A DNA stretch of 64,000 bases from an uncultured Verrucomicrobiae bacterium (GCA_963782115.1 CAWAIK010000001.1:851500-915499), one strand, 5' to 3'; positions 40,925-51,840 are shown, numbered from the stretch's first letter. Made by a program: numbers and translations. Notes: generated by a model not told the origin, from the sequence alone.

Positions 40925-43237
40925 ATGAACTCTGGAAAAGAGAAGCGGACGCCAACCGATGCGCAATCGTCGGAATCGACGCCTGTTGTCAATGTCTGTT
41001 CGATTTGCGGTACAACCCTACTCTCCGACGACGCGACCGGTCTGTGTCCTGTCTGTCTGATCAGGAATGCGATCAACCAAGGGGGGATGGGAGACAACCT
41101 GGTTACCGAAGGCATCCTTGGTGAGTCCGTGGCAGAGACTGCGGATGTTGCCGCGAGAAGGTTTGGTCACTATGAAATTCTGATCCGGCCGGACAGTACC
41201 CTCGAAGAACTCGGTCACGGTGCCATGGGCATCACCTTCAAGGCAGTAGACATAAATCTCCGAGTTCCGGTCGCGCTAAAGATTTTGAATCTGCGGTTTT
41301 TTCAGGAAGAGACGGCGCGCAGACGATTTTTGCGCGAGGCTCGAGCTGCCGCCAGTGTTCGCCATCCGAATGTGGCGTCCGTTTATCATCTTGGCTCCCG
41401 TGGGCGTGAAATATTTTATGCCATGGAGTTCGTCGACGGCGAGACGCTTGAAGTTCTCGTCAATCGTTCCGGTCGATTGAAGGTTAGCGTGGCGTTGGAA
41501 ATTGTCGCCCAAGTCGCTGCGGGGCTGAGTGCTGTACACAAGCAGAACTTGGTACATCGGGATATCAAACCGACCAACATCATGGTTAGGCTGGAAGAGG
41601 GAACCAGCGAAATCGTAAAAATTATCGACCTCGGCCTGGCCAAGCTGGTAGACGAACCACTTTCTTTTTCCGCTATCTCAATCCCAGGCTCCTTTGCAGG
41701 TACACCAACGTTTGCGAGCCCCGAGCAATTCGCCGGAATCCCAGTAGACATCCGTTCGGATCTGTACTCTCTTGGCGTGACGCTGTGGGATACCTTAACC
41801 GGCAAACCGCCGTTCAGCGGTACCCCGGCTAAGGTGATGCATGAGCATCTGCATGCGCCCTTGCCTCTCAAAGAGCTAAAGGGTGTCCCTCAGCCAGTCG
41901 TTGTTTTACTCCAAGCGCTCCTGGAAAAGGACCCGGCACGGCGTTTCCAGAACCCCGCTGAGCTCTTGAAGGTGATGCCGATGGTAACAGGCGCTGTCGA
42001 GGCTGGGCGTACCATCGACCGCCGGAGCCTACAGCAGATTCGCATTGAACGAGTCAGGCTGCATCAGAAAGCGACGGAGAATCTCAGCGCGTACGATCTT
42101 TATCTTCGCGGGATGGCACTGGTTGACCTGGTTGACCGAGAGGCTAACCAGAAAGCGATCGAGTTTTTCAAGAAGGCTATCAAGCAGGATCGAAATTTTG
42201 CTTTAGGATACGTCGGACTGGCGCGTGCCTACGTCGAGGAGGAAGGCTTCGGAGGCGAGAAATCCCTCCTCGACTCTGCAGTTAAGTTCTGCAGGCTTGC
42301 CATCGCACTCGATCCCAGGGAGGTACGCGGCTACGACCAGCTTGCCCGAGCATATAATTCGAAAGGCTGGTATCCGCAATGTGATGAGGCGCTTCAAAAG
42401 GCGCTTGAGCTTGACCCCGACGACGGCCGCAGTAACGCGCTGGCAGCACGGAGAGCGCTGGCGAAACAGCAGTTCGGCGAGTCCTATAAGTATTTCCGGA
42501 AAGCCCATTTGTTAAGCCCAAAGGAGTCGCGCTGGGTTTATGTTGCCGTTGAGATTATTTTTCGGATGGATCTCGACGATGTGGCTGAGAAATGGATGCA
42601 GGAGGCGCTGGAAAAGGAGGCTAATCCGCAGCGTCATCAAATGATGGAGTGCTACCGCATGCTGTGGCGCCGCAAATTCACCGCTGCCCGAGCGGGCTTC
42701 GCGCGGTTACCGCTTGAACTGAAGGACTACAATTACTCCGTTTCCGACGGCCTCTTTTTTTGCGCAATCGGGGCAGGTGACTGGACGACTATAATTCAAT
42801 ATTGCGACGCCCACATTCTGAAGGAGCCCGACCAAATCTGGGCGAGAACATATCTTGGCATTGCCCTGCGAATGTCAGGCCGAGATACCGAAGCCCGAGA
42901 AGCGGCCGCGCAAGTCTTGGAGTGCGGACTCGAGCGATTGGAAAGACCGGCTCAATCGGACGCGCCTTGGGATGTCCCTTTATATGTCGCCTGGGCCTGC
43001 CGTCTTCTTGATGACAAAAGCGAGGCCTATCGGCATTTAGAAAATTATCTCGCCCATCGGACTCTTCTGGAAATCCCATTCGGCCTCCGCAATCCGATAC
43101 TGGATGTCTTCAAGAGCGATCCTGAGTTCAACGCCATCCTGGCGGACATATATCAAAGATTTGAGGTTGCCCGGCGATCGATTCGACAGCACGACGCTGA
43201 CTCGGCTAGACGCTCGAAAAGCACTCGGGCTTCGTAG
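40925..43237 (+). CDS. Hanks-type Ser/Thr kinase with N-terminal zinc ribbon and C-terminal TPRs
   Basis: CSICG..CPVC; LGHGAMG, VALK, HRDIKPTN, DLGLA, GTP.FASPEQ; AYDLYLRG TPR region. Confidence 0.92.
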   Translation: MNSGKEKRTPTDAQSSESTPVVNVCSICGTTLLSDDATGLCPVCLIRNAINQGGMGDNLVTEGILGESVAETADVAARRFGHYEILIRPDSTLEELGHGAMGITFKAVDINLRVPVALKILNLRFFQEETARRRFLREARAAASVRHPNVASVYHLGSRGREIFYAMEFVDGETLEVLVNRSGRLKVSVALEIVAQVAAGLSAVHKQNLVHRDIKPTNIMVRLEEGTSEIVKIIDLGLAKLVDEPLSFSAISIPGSFAGTPTFASPEQFAGIPVDIRSDLYSLGVTLWDTLTGKPPFSGTPAKVMHEHLHAPLPLKELKGVPQPVVVLLQALLEKDPARRFQNPAELLKVMPMVTGAVEAGRTIDRRSLQQIRIERVRLHQKATENLSAYDLYLRGMALVDLVDREANQKAIEFFKKAIKQDRNFALGYVGLARAYVEEEGFGGEKSLLDSAVKFCRLAIALDPREVRGYDQLARAYNSKGWYPQCDEALQKALELDPDDGRSNALAARRALAKQQFGESYKYFRKAHLLSPKESRWVYVAVEIIFRMDLDDVAEKWMQEALEKEANPQRHQMMECYRMLWRRKFTAARAGFARLPLELKDYNYSVSDGLFFCAIGAGDWTTIIQYCDAHILKEPDQIWARTYLGIALRMSGRDTEAREAAAQVLECGLERLERPAQSDAPWDVPLYVAWACRLLDDKSEAYRHLENYLAHRTLLEIPFGLRNPILDVFKSDPEFNAILADIYQRFEVARRSIRQHDADSARRSKSTRAS

Positions 43238-43261
43238 ACTTGCGTAAAATCAGCAGACGCT

Positions 43262-44077
43262 TCATCGAGCGCCTTCGCCAGTGCCCTGTCCCCGAATTGG
43301 TTTTTCTTCACTCGGCGCAGCTCCGCCGGCAGCCAGCAGCGCCTCACAAAGAGCATGTAACTCCGAGTCGACTTCAGCGGGGTCGACAAGGGTTTGGGCT
43401 ACCTCTTCCCTCAGTACTGCGGTGAAACGCTTCCGAAGGCGAAAAATTAACGTTTTGACGCCTGCGACGCTCAATCCGAGTTCGTCCGCAACTCGTCGAT
43501 AAGAACTCACCTCCTCCTGGTCAGCCTTCACCAGGTACAGTTTGAGTCTCTCAAAGATTTGGGTCTTGCCTTGCCGAACATATTCCTCGCGCAAACGACT
43601 CGTAACTCGAGCCAGCAAGGTCGTTGCCCAACGCGCATCGAATACCTTTTCGGGGGTAAGATCCTCGGCGGGTTCGACTCGGTAGCGATACTCAGCCTCC
43701 TCCTCATCGAGGGAAACGACCTCGCAGCCTCCCCCTCGCTTTGCAGCACGGCCCTTGCGCCAGGACACAGACATATGATTCTTGAAGGAGGCCAGCAAAA
43801 AGGAACGGAATCTTCCCTTTTCCGGGCCGACACGGGTAAAAGCTTCCTTTTCCAAGAGGTGAAGAAAGAAACTCTGGGTCAGATCCTCTGCGTCGGCAGC
43901 GTCATGCCCACTGCGTCTGGCGAACGCATACAGAGGATACCAATACAGTTTGCAAAGTTCTGATAATGCCGCACGGGATTTCGGAGCTTGAACGTCGACA
44001 GAGTTCAAAATTAGACTCCACCGCGTGGTCCGAAACACCCCATCCCCACCAGCCGAACTAGAGCTTCCCGCTTTCAC
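43262..44077 (-). CDS. ECF sigma-70 factor (kinase-associated PVC type)
   Basis: FRTTRWSLI, YWYPLYAFARR, AEDLTQSFF, GRFRSFLL, FDARWA, LREEVAQT. Confidence 0.9.
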   Translation of the reverse strand: MKAGSSSSAGGDGVFRTTRWSLILNSVDVQAPKSRAALSELCKLYWYPLYAFARRSGHDAADAEDLTQSFFLHLLEKEAFTRVGPEKGRFRSFLLASFKNHMSVSWRKGRAAKRGGGCEVVSLDEEEAEYRYRVEPAEDLTPEKVFDARWATTLLARVTSRLREEYVRQGKTQIFERLKLYLVKADQEEVSSYRRVADELGLSVAGVKTLIFRLRKRFTAVLREEVAQTLVDPAEVDSELHALCEALLAAGGAAPSEEKPIRGQGTGEGAR

Positions 44078-44301
44078 GCTTTCACCCGCAAGGCTGTTAT
44101 AATCGGTTCGCGAAAAGTTCTCAATTCCTTTATTCTCGGGCTGAGCAGCCTTCGTTCGAACCCGGGGAGATGATCAAACTTTTTTACTTATCTTTTTGTG
44201 TACCTGAAACTGACGGTGCCGGAATTCATTTGTAACAGCTAGCTGCCTTGTAATCGGCCGAGAATATCCGGAGCCAAAAAACAACTCACCAATCAATCCA
44301 A

Positions 44302-45150
44302 ATGGACTCTACCGCGATGGAAACATTGGGAACCACAGTGACGGCCAAGTCGATTAAAATTTACGGGAAGGATTATACGATATATGGGGATGACGAATAC
44401 CTCCGCGGCATTGGCGACGAATTCGAACCCGATACGGTTGCCCCGTTTGCTTCGCTTTGCGGCAGGGACTCGCGCGTTCTCGATGTTGGCGCAAATATTG
44501 GGATGACTGCGCTCGCGCTGTCACGGATCTGCACGGGCGGCGAGATCGTCGCCATCGAGCCGGTTTTGAGAACGTTCCAATACCTCCAACAGAACGTCTC
44601 CAAAGCGGATGCCCGCAATGTGAAGACCTTCAATTTCGCACTAGGCAGCAGTGAAGGCTCTGTCCTGATGCAGGGTCACCCGAGCAATTTCGCGTGTTCT
44701 TTCATTGCCGATAACTATACGATACCGGCCAACGATCATTTTTCCCAACGGGTTCCAGTCAAGCGATTAGACGATATCTTCCCTGATTTATCGCTTGATC
44801 GTTTGGATTTTCTCAAGATCGACGTGGAAGGCTTCGAATTGGAGGTATTAGCCGGGGCCAGAGAAATTCTTAACACCTACAAGCCCGTCGTATTTCTGGA
44901 GATGAACCACTGGTGCCTTAACATCTTCAGGCGCATGTCGATCCCGGAGTTTCGAGAGAGGCTCATGCAAATTTTTCCATGCGTTTACGCAATAGACGGA
45001 TTGGATTTTCTGGACTACGTCGATCAGAGAAACGTCCACCACATCAATTATCATCACGTTTTAAAGTTCAAGTTTATGAATTTGGTGGCAGGTTTTGATC
45101 CTCAGGACATTCTTTCTCGCCTTTGTAGACTGCGCAGGACGCGAAATTAA
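44302..45150 (+). CDS. FkbM family methyltransferase
   Basis: LDVGANIG, AIEP, ALG, LKIDVEGFELEVLAGA. Confidence 0.92.
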   Translation: MDSTAMETLGTTVTAKSIKIYGKDYTIYGDDEYLRGIGDEFEPDTVAPFASLCGRDSRVLDVGANIGMTALALSRICTGGEIVAIEPVLRTFQYLQQNVSKADARNVKTFNFALGSSEGSVLMQGHPSNFACSFIADNYTIPANDHFSQRVPVKRLDDIFPDLSLDRLDFLKIDVEGFELEVLAGAREILNTYKPVVFLEMNHWCLNIFRRMSIPEFRERLMQIFPCVYAIDGLDFLDYVDQRNVHHINYHHVLKFKFMNLVAGFDPQDILSRLCRLRRTRN

Positions 45151-45393
45151 TTGCCGTACCTCTTTCAATTCGTCTCCACAAAATACTCGGAGGCCGCTAA
45201 CTCAACCGCAGTGACTCGCGGGACAGCGCAAAAATCGGAGAGGTCTGCGGCGCTTGCTGTTCTTCGCATTTCGGTGTCCGAGCGATCAACAGTGTGTCAT
45301 TGCAGTTCCGTCCTGCCAAGTCGACGATCGAGCGGGTTCCGAGTCCCTGGATTCGACTCACTAATCCTCCTGAGAGGTGTGCTATGCCCTCTC

Positions 45394-48075
45394 TTACGGA
45401 TTGCGCGAGGCGCTGCCCCGGTTTTCTTCAAGCTTGACTTTGATCCAGTCATCGATCGCCGCCAATGTTTTCGCCTTGAGCTTGGCTCTGAACCGAATTT
45501 CGTCGATGGAGTTCTGCAGCTCGCGAACGGCAGCCGGCGGAAGATTGGCCTTCGCGAACGATAAGACTTCGTCGGCTCGCTGATTGTCCGTGAACCCGGT
45601 CGCGATCAACGAAAGCAACCGGCTTAGGCGAAGCAGTCCAAACCGCTCCTGCATTTCTTTCAGATGGGCGACTGCGAACGACCACGCGATATCCGGGTGT
45701 TCGCCCTCTGTGGCAAAATATTCCAAGGCCAATGGCAAGTCGCGCGGCTTCACTTTGTCGGACACAAAGTATTGCAAGGTTTCTCGCGTCAATTCCGGAT
45801 CCAGGGCGGCGCCAAGCGCTCGGCCATACATCCGCTTTTCCTCGATGTTCCGTGTATCGCCTGCCATTGATAGAAGCTCGTGATTGACCGTTTGTGAACT
45901 GTAGCGACCGACGATCGCGATGACGGCAGAACGAAGATCGGGCACGAGCGATGACGGGTTTTCACGGTAGTTTTCAAATCGCTTGAAGGACTCGTCAATC
46001 ACATCTCGATCGCCAAAAAACCCAAGGGTCTCAATCAGGATCGCCCGATAGCCCTGAGTTTCGGGATCTTCGCCAGCTCTTTCATCCCAGCCAAGCTCCT
46101 GGAATTTTGCAGCGAACAGACTGCAAATGTACCTTTGGTAGGGTTCTCGGCCCGGTCGACCTTGCTCGAGGCGATCGATCAGTCTCAAGGCGCCATTTCT
46201 TTCGCCCGTCCCAAGAGCGTTTTGCCACACGGCCAAGCTATCGTCGCGACGCAGATTTTCGAGAAGTTCAAAGTAGGTCGACGCAGGCAGATTACCGGAT
46301 TCAACCAACGCCCAGGTGTCTGTGATAAGGTTTAGACGGTCGCTTTCCGGGAGCTTTTCGACGTTCTTTTGCAAATCATTTAAAAGCGTCGGCTCGTACA
46401 GCACTCGGAAATATCCGACGTTTCCGGCGTTCGCCTGTATAACCCCGCTGCAACCAGTAAGATCGAAGTTGTCGGATAGCTTATCTAACAAGGCGTACTT
46501 CACTTCATTGGAACTCACGTTCGGTCGAATGCCCACCGGCACGCCCCATTGCGTGGGTGGTTCATCTCGCTGCGCGAGAACGAAAGGGACCTGCTCAAGA
46601 CTGATGACCCGATTCCCGTTCACGCACTGAGTCGTGATTTTAATCAAAGGAAATCCAGGCTGTTCGGCCCATCCAACCACCATTTTTTTTATCGGTTTCC
46701 CGGTTACCTGCTCGAGCGATGTCCAGAGGTCTTCGGCGGTGGTTTCTGAGCTCTGGTGCGTCGCCAGATAGGCTCGGACGCCATCACGAAAGGGATCTTC
46801 ACCCGTAAAATTTTCCAGCATGCGCAGCAAGAGCCAGGGCTTTTGATTCATGATCACATCAGAGGCTTTCATGGTTTGCTCCTCGCCGGCCAAAGAGGCT
46901 TGGATCGCGTGAGTCATTTCTCCGGCGTCGCAAGCCATCGTCGCTTCTTTCTTACGCGCGGCCTGCAACCAAATTTTCCACTGCGGATGGCAACGGTCGG
47001 CGGCTTTTTTTGCCAGCCACGACTCGAAGCCTTCATTCAGCCAGAGATCGTTCCGTGAAGTCATCGTCACGAGGTCGCCCCACCATTGATGCGCAATTTT
47101 GTCAGCTATCCCCAAAAAGATTCTCTGTTTGGCGGATTCGTAGGTGGTCTCCGGATCACAGAGCAGCGCGTCCTCGTCGTAGACAATTCCACCCAAGTCT
47201 TTCGACTCGCCGTCGTCGCACGGCAAAGCTATCTGATCCAGCTTGGAAAGCGGAAAAGGGATCGCGAAATAATTGCTGAAATATGTCAGGAGTTGCTTGG
47301 TTACTTCCATCGCGTACTTCCCGAGCTCCTTCTTTCCGGGAGTCGTTACGATCCGAAGTTTGACTCCGGCAACTTCGTCATCGAGCCATTCGAGTTTCCC
47401 ACACACCAGGAGTACCATGTCACTCGCTATCAAAGGCGTTTTTTCGAACACGACGATCTTCTGATCCGGTCCGAGTGGATGCTCCACAAAGACCGGCATA
47501 TTTGAAATGACCGTATTTTCCTTCCCGGTCTTGACGCTTAACTGGAATGTGGCCCGAAATGTTGACTCATCCCAACAAGGAAAGACCCGCCTTGTATCGT
47601 CCGTCTGCAACTCGGTTGCCAAAAGGTGTTCTGTGGCGGCGAGTTCCCCGTCCTTGTAAGGTTGGAGGAACAGTCCATGCGGCCGTTCGACAATCCTGCT
47701 TTGAAACCTGATGGACAGCGTGTATTTCCCAGGCTGCAATACATTCTTCAAGTCAAAGGTGACTCTCTCCTGCTTCGAATCGAATTCCGGGGTAAGTCGT
47801 TCCGCCTGATCACCGATCTCGATCCTTGCCTCAGCGATTTGCGTGTCCAACGCATTCAGGACGATCCAGTTCGTCGGTTTTAATACTTCGATTTCAATCG
47901 ATTCGATACCATCCGTTACCTGCGTCTCGATGTTTGGTTCCAGGTGGATCAGGTAACTTCGTGGGATAACATCTTTCGGGAGACCGGTCGCGCTCGGCTG
48001 AACGCCAGGTGTGTTCCCGGCGTGAGAGGTGATTGCGACAAAACCAAGTAACAGTAACGCAATCGGTTTTCGCAT
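45394..48075 (-). CDS. Secreted M1 aminopeptidase homologue with ERAP1-like C-terminus, catalytic motifs degenerate
   Basis: LPKDVIP..Y, RRVFPCWDE, ISNMP, KLDQIA, WLNEGF; GAMEN and HEXXH replaced by GESKD and DKIAH. Confidence 0.85.
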   Translation of the reverse strand: MRKPIALLLLGFVAITSHAGNTPGVQPSATGLPKDVIPRSYLIHLEPNIETQVTDGIESIEIEVLKPTNWIVLNALDTQIAEARIEIGDQAERLTPEFDSKQERVTFDLKNVLQPGKYTLSIRFQSRIVERPHGLFLQPYKDGELAATEHLLATELQTDDTRRVFPCWDESTFRATFQLSVKTGKENTVISNMPVFVEHPLGPDQKIVVFEKTPLIASDMVLLVCGKLEWLDDEVAGVKLRIVTTPGKKELGKYAMEVTKQLLTYFSNYFAIPFPLSKLDQIALPCDDGESKDLGGIVYDEDALLCDPETTYESAKQRIFLGIADKIAHQWWGDLVTMTSRNDLWLNEGFESWLAKKAADRCHPQWKIWLQAARKKEATMACDAGEMTHAIQASLAGEEQTMKASDVIMNQKPWLLLRMLENFTGEDPFRDGVRAYLATHQSSETTAEDLWTSLEQVTGKPIKKMVVGWAEQPGFPLIKITTQCVNGNRVISLEQVPFVLAQRDEPPTQWGVPVGIRPNVSSNEVKYALLDKLSDNFDLTGCSGVIQANAGNVGYFRVLYEPTLLNDLQKNVEKLPESDRLNLITDTWALVESGNLPASTYFELLENLRRDDSLAVWQNALGTGERNGALRLIDRLEQGRPGREPYQRYICSLFAAKFQELGWDERAGEDPETQGYRAILIETLGFFGDRDVIDESFKRFENYRENPSSLVPDLRSAVIAIVGRYSSQTVNHELLSMAGDTRNIEEKRMYGRALGAALDPELTRETLQYFVSDKVKPRDLPLALEYFATEGEHPDIAWSFAVAHLKEMQERFGLLRLSRLLSLIATGFTDNQRADEVLSFAKANLPPAAVRELQNSIDEIRFRAKLKAKTLAAIDDWIKVKLEENRGSASRNP

Positions 48076-48212
48076 GAGCAAAGCTTCCGTGGGGGAGCCA
48101 CGCAACATCGCGTGACTTGCTGGAAATTACAAACCAGGCGGCTCCGCCTGGCCAGGAAATCCGCCGTTTCCGTCCGACAGCGTGTGGGACTAACGCGGAC
48201 CGACTGATGATG

Positions 48213-49328
48213 TTATTTCGGGGATAGGACAGTAAGCTCGTGTTGCTGCAGCCAGTCACGATAGGCAATCGGTGAAATCTCCGACGGCTTGATTTCCGAT
48301 CGACCGCCCCAGAAAACGTTCGTGTACGATACCGGGATTCCGCAGGCAGCCAGGTGGCTGTCAATTGCCGCCTTGTGGTCAAGCAAACGCTGTTTTTCGG
48401 TCCCGTGAGCCACTGCCATGATGTTTACGCTACCGAATTCGCTGCCGGCTTCCCGCCAGTAACAGTGGGTGAGAATTTCGTGTCGGCCGACCTCGGATCC
48501 AGCCTGGAATTCCATCCCGGGGGCCACGGCCCAATGAAACAACCCATTGAATCGAGTCACTCGGATACCTCCAGCCGAAGGTTTAACGTGTTCCAGAAAT
48601 GTCGAAAACCGCCCGATGATCTTTCGTCGATCGAGATCCTCGGCCACCGAGAAGAATATCTCCAAGGGCAAATCCGCCTCCTTCGCGCGGTTTTTCCATG
48701 GGTTTTCCGTGACCTCCTCAATCGTGAATTCCTTCTTCAAGGAGGTCAGAACCCGCCATTCCAACTCCGTGAGTTCCGCGATCTCAGTTCGAATCATTTG
48801 CGCGGGTCGGTCACCCCGCGAGCCGGGTTGTATCGTCTTACGTCGGACGTGTCCCACGCCGAGTGTGAAGATGCCTTTCGCGGGCATTAATTTTACTTTC
48901 TCGCCGCCGACCTCTTTCAGCAGGATATTCGTGTGCCTTTCGAGTACGAAGCCCTGTGGAACCTTGACGGTTGTCCACAACCTGTACTCGCTGCCGGCAG
49001 TCCCCGAATCGGTCGATCGAACAACCACATGACCGGAAAAAGGATCTTGCCGGAACATGTAATCAAACGCCGAATCGAGCTTATCCGGCGGCACTCTCCA
49101 TGCTACCAGCGCTCCCTGCGCAAGGTTTGTCGCCAGGAGGGTTTGTCGGACCCGTCGAATTGTTCCCGCGCCCAACATCGCCTTGATCCGGTCCAGGACC
49201 AGCCCCTCTTCAATACCGGACAACCTGGCAATTTCCCTGAACGGTTCGCGGACAAAACCCTGGATCCGGTCTTCCGACACCGCAAGGATTTTGGAATTGA
49301 CGGAGTCTGTGTGCTCGGTGTCGATCAT
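48213..49328 (-). CDS. Lrp/AsnC-like tandem protein, siroheme decarboxylase (AhbA/AhbB, NirDL-like) fusion
   Basis: Two HTH+AsnC halves: PFREIA..IRRV..LVAWRVP; IIGRF..THCYWR..NIMAVAHG. Confidence 0.75.
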   Translation of the reverse strand: MIDTEHTDSVNSKILAVSEDRIQGFVREPFREIARLSGIEEGLVLDRIKAMLGAGTIRRVRQTLLATNLAQGALVAWRVPPDKLDSAFDYMFRQDPFSGHVVVRSTDSGTAGSEYRLWTTVKVPQGFVLERHTNILLKEVGGEKVKLMPAKGIFTLGVGHVRRKTIQPGSRGDRPAQMIRTEIAELTELEWRVLTSLKKEFTIEEVTENPWKNRAKEADLPLEIFFSVAEDLDRRKIIGRFSTFLEHVKPSAGGIRVTRFNGLFHWAVAPGMEFQAGSEVGRHEILTHCYWREAGSEFGSVNIMAVAHGTEKQRLLDHKAAIDSHLAACGIPVSYTNVFWGGRSEIKPSEISPIAYRDWLQQHELTVLSPK

Positions 49329-49453
49329 CTGCGCCGAAAGCTAGCACAAAAGTTTACAAAATATAAGGAGGAGCCAGTCGTGAAAATAGCAGGACAGGAA
49401 TGATCACCGTTCCCGTCCTTCATCATTCGTTTCTAGCTTTAATTTCTAGATCT

Positions 49454-49843
<390 letters not shown>

Positions 49844-49889
49844 TTACGATTTAGATTAGTGTCAGGCTTGATACCGGTTTAAGGCATTC

Positions 49890-51395
49890 CTACGAGGTAT
49901 AAGCCTCCTCGCCATGTTCGGCGAGATCCAGACCGGAAGTTTCGACATCCGGTGATGCGCGCAATCCCATTATCACCTTCAGAATAAAGCTGATGACAAA
50001 GGTCATCACAGTCGACAGCACGATCGTTACTATTACCGCTTTTACTTGGGAAACAAACAGCGACGATAGCAACGCGTCCTTCAAATTTGCGTTAACCTCT
50101 TTGGTAGCCAGAATCCCGGTCAGAAGTGCGCCCAACGTTCCGCCGGTGGCGTGGACGCCGAATGTGTCAAGGGCGTCGTCATAACCCAGGGCTGTCTTCA
50201 AAGCCGAGACGGCAAAGTAAGGAACTATTCCGGCCAGAACCCCGATGATCACTGCGCCGGTCGAGTTGACAAACCCGCAGGCCGGAGTAATGACGACGAG
50301 TCCCGCAACCGCGCCGCTGCAGTACCCCAATACACTTGCCTTGCCGCGGAGGATTTTTTCCATAATGGCCCACGTAAATGCGCCGGTGGCCGTCGCCAGC
50401 GTCGTTGACGTGAATGCGTTCGAGGATATCACGTCCGCGGCAACCGCACTTCCCGCGTTAAAGCCGTACCAACCCACCCAGAGCATCGACGTGCCGACCA
50501 TACACAAAACCATGCTGTGCGGCGGCATCGGTTCCTTCTTGAACCCGAGACGCGGACCCAGCATCAGGCAAAGGATCAAGGAACTCCATCCGGAAGTCAT
50601 ATGGACCACTGTCCCACCGGCGAAATCGATTGCTTTGATGGTGGAATTGGCGTTCCAGATTCCGTTCATAAAGCCTGTGATTCCCCACACCATGTGGGAC
50701 ATCGGGAAGTAAACTAGAAACATCCAGCAGGCGATGAAAAGCATCAGCGTCCAATATTTCATCCGCTCAGCAATCGCGCCCACAATGAGCGCCGGCGTGA
50801 TGATTGCGAACATCAGTTGGTACATCGAATAGACATTCTGCGATACCCAGTACGCGTAGTCTGTATTCGGGGCGGAGGTAACTCCCGAAAGGAAAAAATA
50901 TTCCGAGCCTCCGTAGAAAGGGCTGTTGAAGCTTTTGCCAAATACCAGGCTGTATCCGAACGCCCACCAGAGTAGCGCAACCATGCCTGCGATGCCAAAG
51001 CACTGAGCGAGGACCGATAAAACGTTTTTTCTGCGGACCAGACCACCGTAAAACAGCGCCAATCCCGGAAGCGTCATAAAAAGCACCAGAGCCGAGCAAG
51101 TCATCATCCAGCCGTTGTGCCCCGGACCAGGGACCCCCGGCAGGGTCTTGGTTCCGTCCGTGTTGTTTATGTAGGCTTCGAGGCTCGCCACGCGATCTTC
51201 GATAGACGGAGTTTGGCTGGTCGGCGGCGTTGGTGAGGCAGCGGTTGCGGGTGAGGGAGACGCCGCAGGGGCCGCGGTGGCTGCAGGAAAGGCGTTGGTG
51301 TCTTCTGCCAGAGAGGTTGTCCCGCTCGCGGATACGAAAACGAAGACAGTCCCGATCAGGGTGAGCAAACGCATTTTTTTGAGGCAGTTCAGCAT
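49890..51395 (-). CDS. amtB: Ammonium transporter
   Basis: LPGLALFYGGLVR.KN, DFAGGTVVH, WYGFNAGS, DDALDTFGVH, GLDLAEHGEEAY; start 51395 or 51374. Confidence 0.95.
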   Translation of the reverse strand: MLNCLKKMRLLTLIGTVFVFVSASGTTSLAEDTNAFPAATAAPAASPSPATAASPTPPTSQTPSIEDRVASLEAYINNTDGTKTLPGVPGPGHNGWMMTCSALVLFMTLPGLALFYGGLVRRKNVLSVLAQCFGIAGMVALLWWAFGYSLVFGKSFNSPFYGGSEYFFLSGVTSAPNTDYAYWVSQNVYSMYQLMFAIITPALIVGAIAERMKYWTLMLFIACWMFLVYFPMSHMVWGITGFMNGIWNANSTIKAIDFAGGTVVHMTSGWSSLILCLMLGPRLGFKKEPMPPHSMVLCMVGTSMLWVGWYGFNAGSAVAADVISSNAFTSTTLATATGAFTWAIMEKILRGKASVLGYCSGAVAGLVVITPACGFVNSTGAVIIGVLAGIVPYFAVSALKTALGYDDALDTFGVHATGGTLGALLTGILATKEVNANLKDALLSSLFVSQVKAVIVTIVLSTVMTFVISFILKVIMGLRASPDVETSGLDLAEHGEEAYTS

Positions 51396-51516
51396 ATTCT
51401 GAAACGTGATTTGACCTGTGGTTTTGGTTAAGGCCCGATGGAACAGGCTCTCAAATCGTCGAAAAGCCTCACGAACCACCGGAACGGTCACATTACGGGG
51501 GCTTACCGCGAGTGTT

Positions 51517-51532
51517 AGCATCGCTCGTGCCA
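51517..51532 (-). promoter_or_regulatory. Sigma54 -24/-12 promoter for amtB-glnK
   Basis: TGGCACGAGCGATGCT versus consensus TGGCACG-N4-TTGC(A/T), with correct GG-N10-GC spacing. Confidence 0.8.
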
Positions 51533-51768
51533 TTTCGTAATACATCGGGTGATAGATGCTTTTCCCGCTCTGCGATAGGTTCATTTCAGCTGGGGTTCTC
51601 CGTTGGCCTGGCAGTGAGCAAAATTCGACAATCTGCTTCATTTTGCGCAATCTAGCCAGTTCTGCAGCGATTGACCAGCAGGAGTTGCCAAGAGGCACCC
51701 TCTGGTTGACCCCGGCCCGAAATCGCACTAATAAGGTAGCTTTCGGTTGGAAAGCAGAAGTAAGCCAC

Positions 51769-51840
51769 GCACGGTTAGCTTAGCGGTAGAGCGACTGGTT
51801 TACACCCAGTAGGTCGGGGGTTCGATTCCCTCACCGTGCA
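51769..51840 (+). tRNA. tRNA-Val (TAC)
   Basis: Acceptor GCACGGT/ACCGTGC, anticodon stem ACTGG/CCAGT around TT-TAC-AC, T-loop TTCGATT; CCA not encoded. Confidence 0.96.

Noticed and set aside
51396..51728. Long N-terminal extensions in the ORF track (amtB here; also icd, gatB, rpmE, prmC)
   Set aside because: Artefacts of upstream alternative starts; the amtB extension would overlap its own sigma54 promoter.
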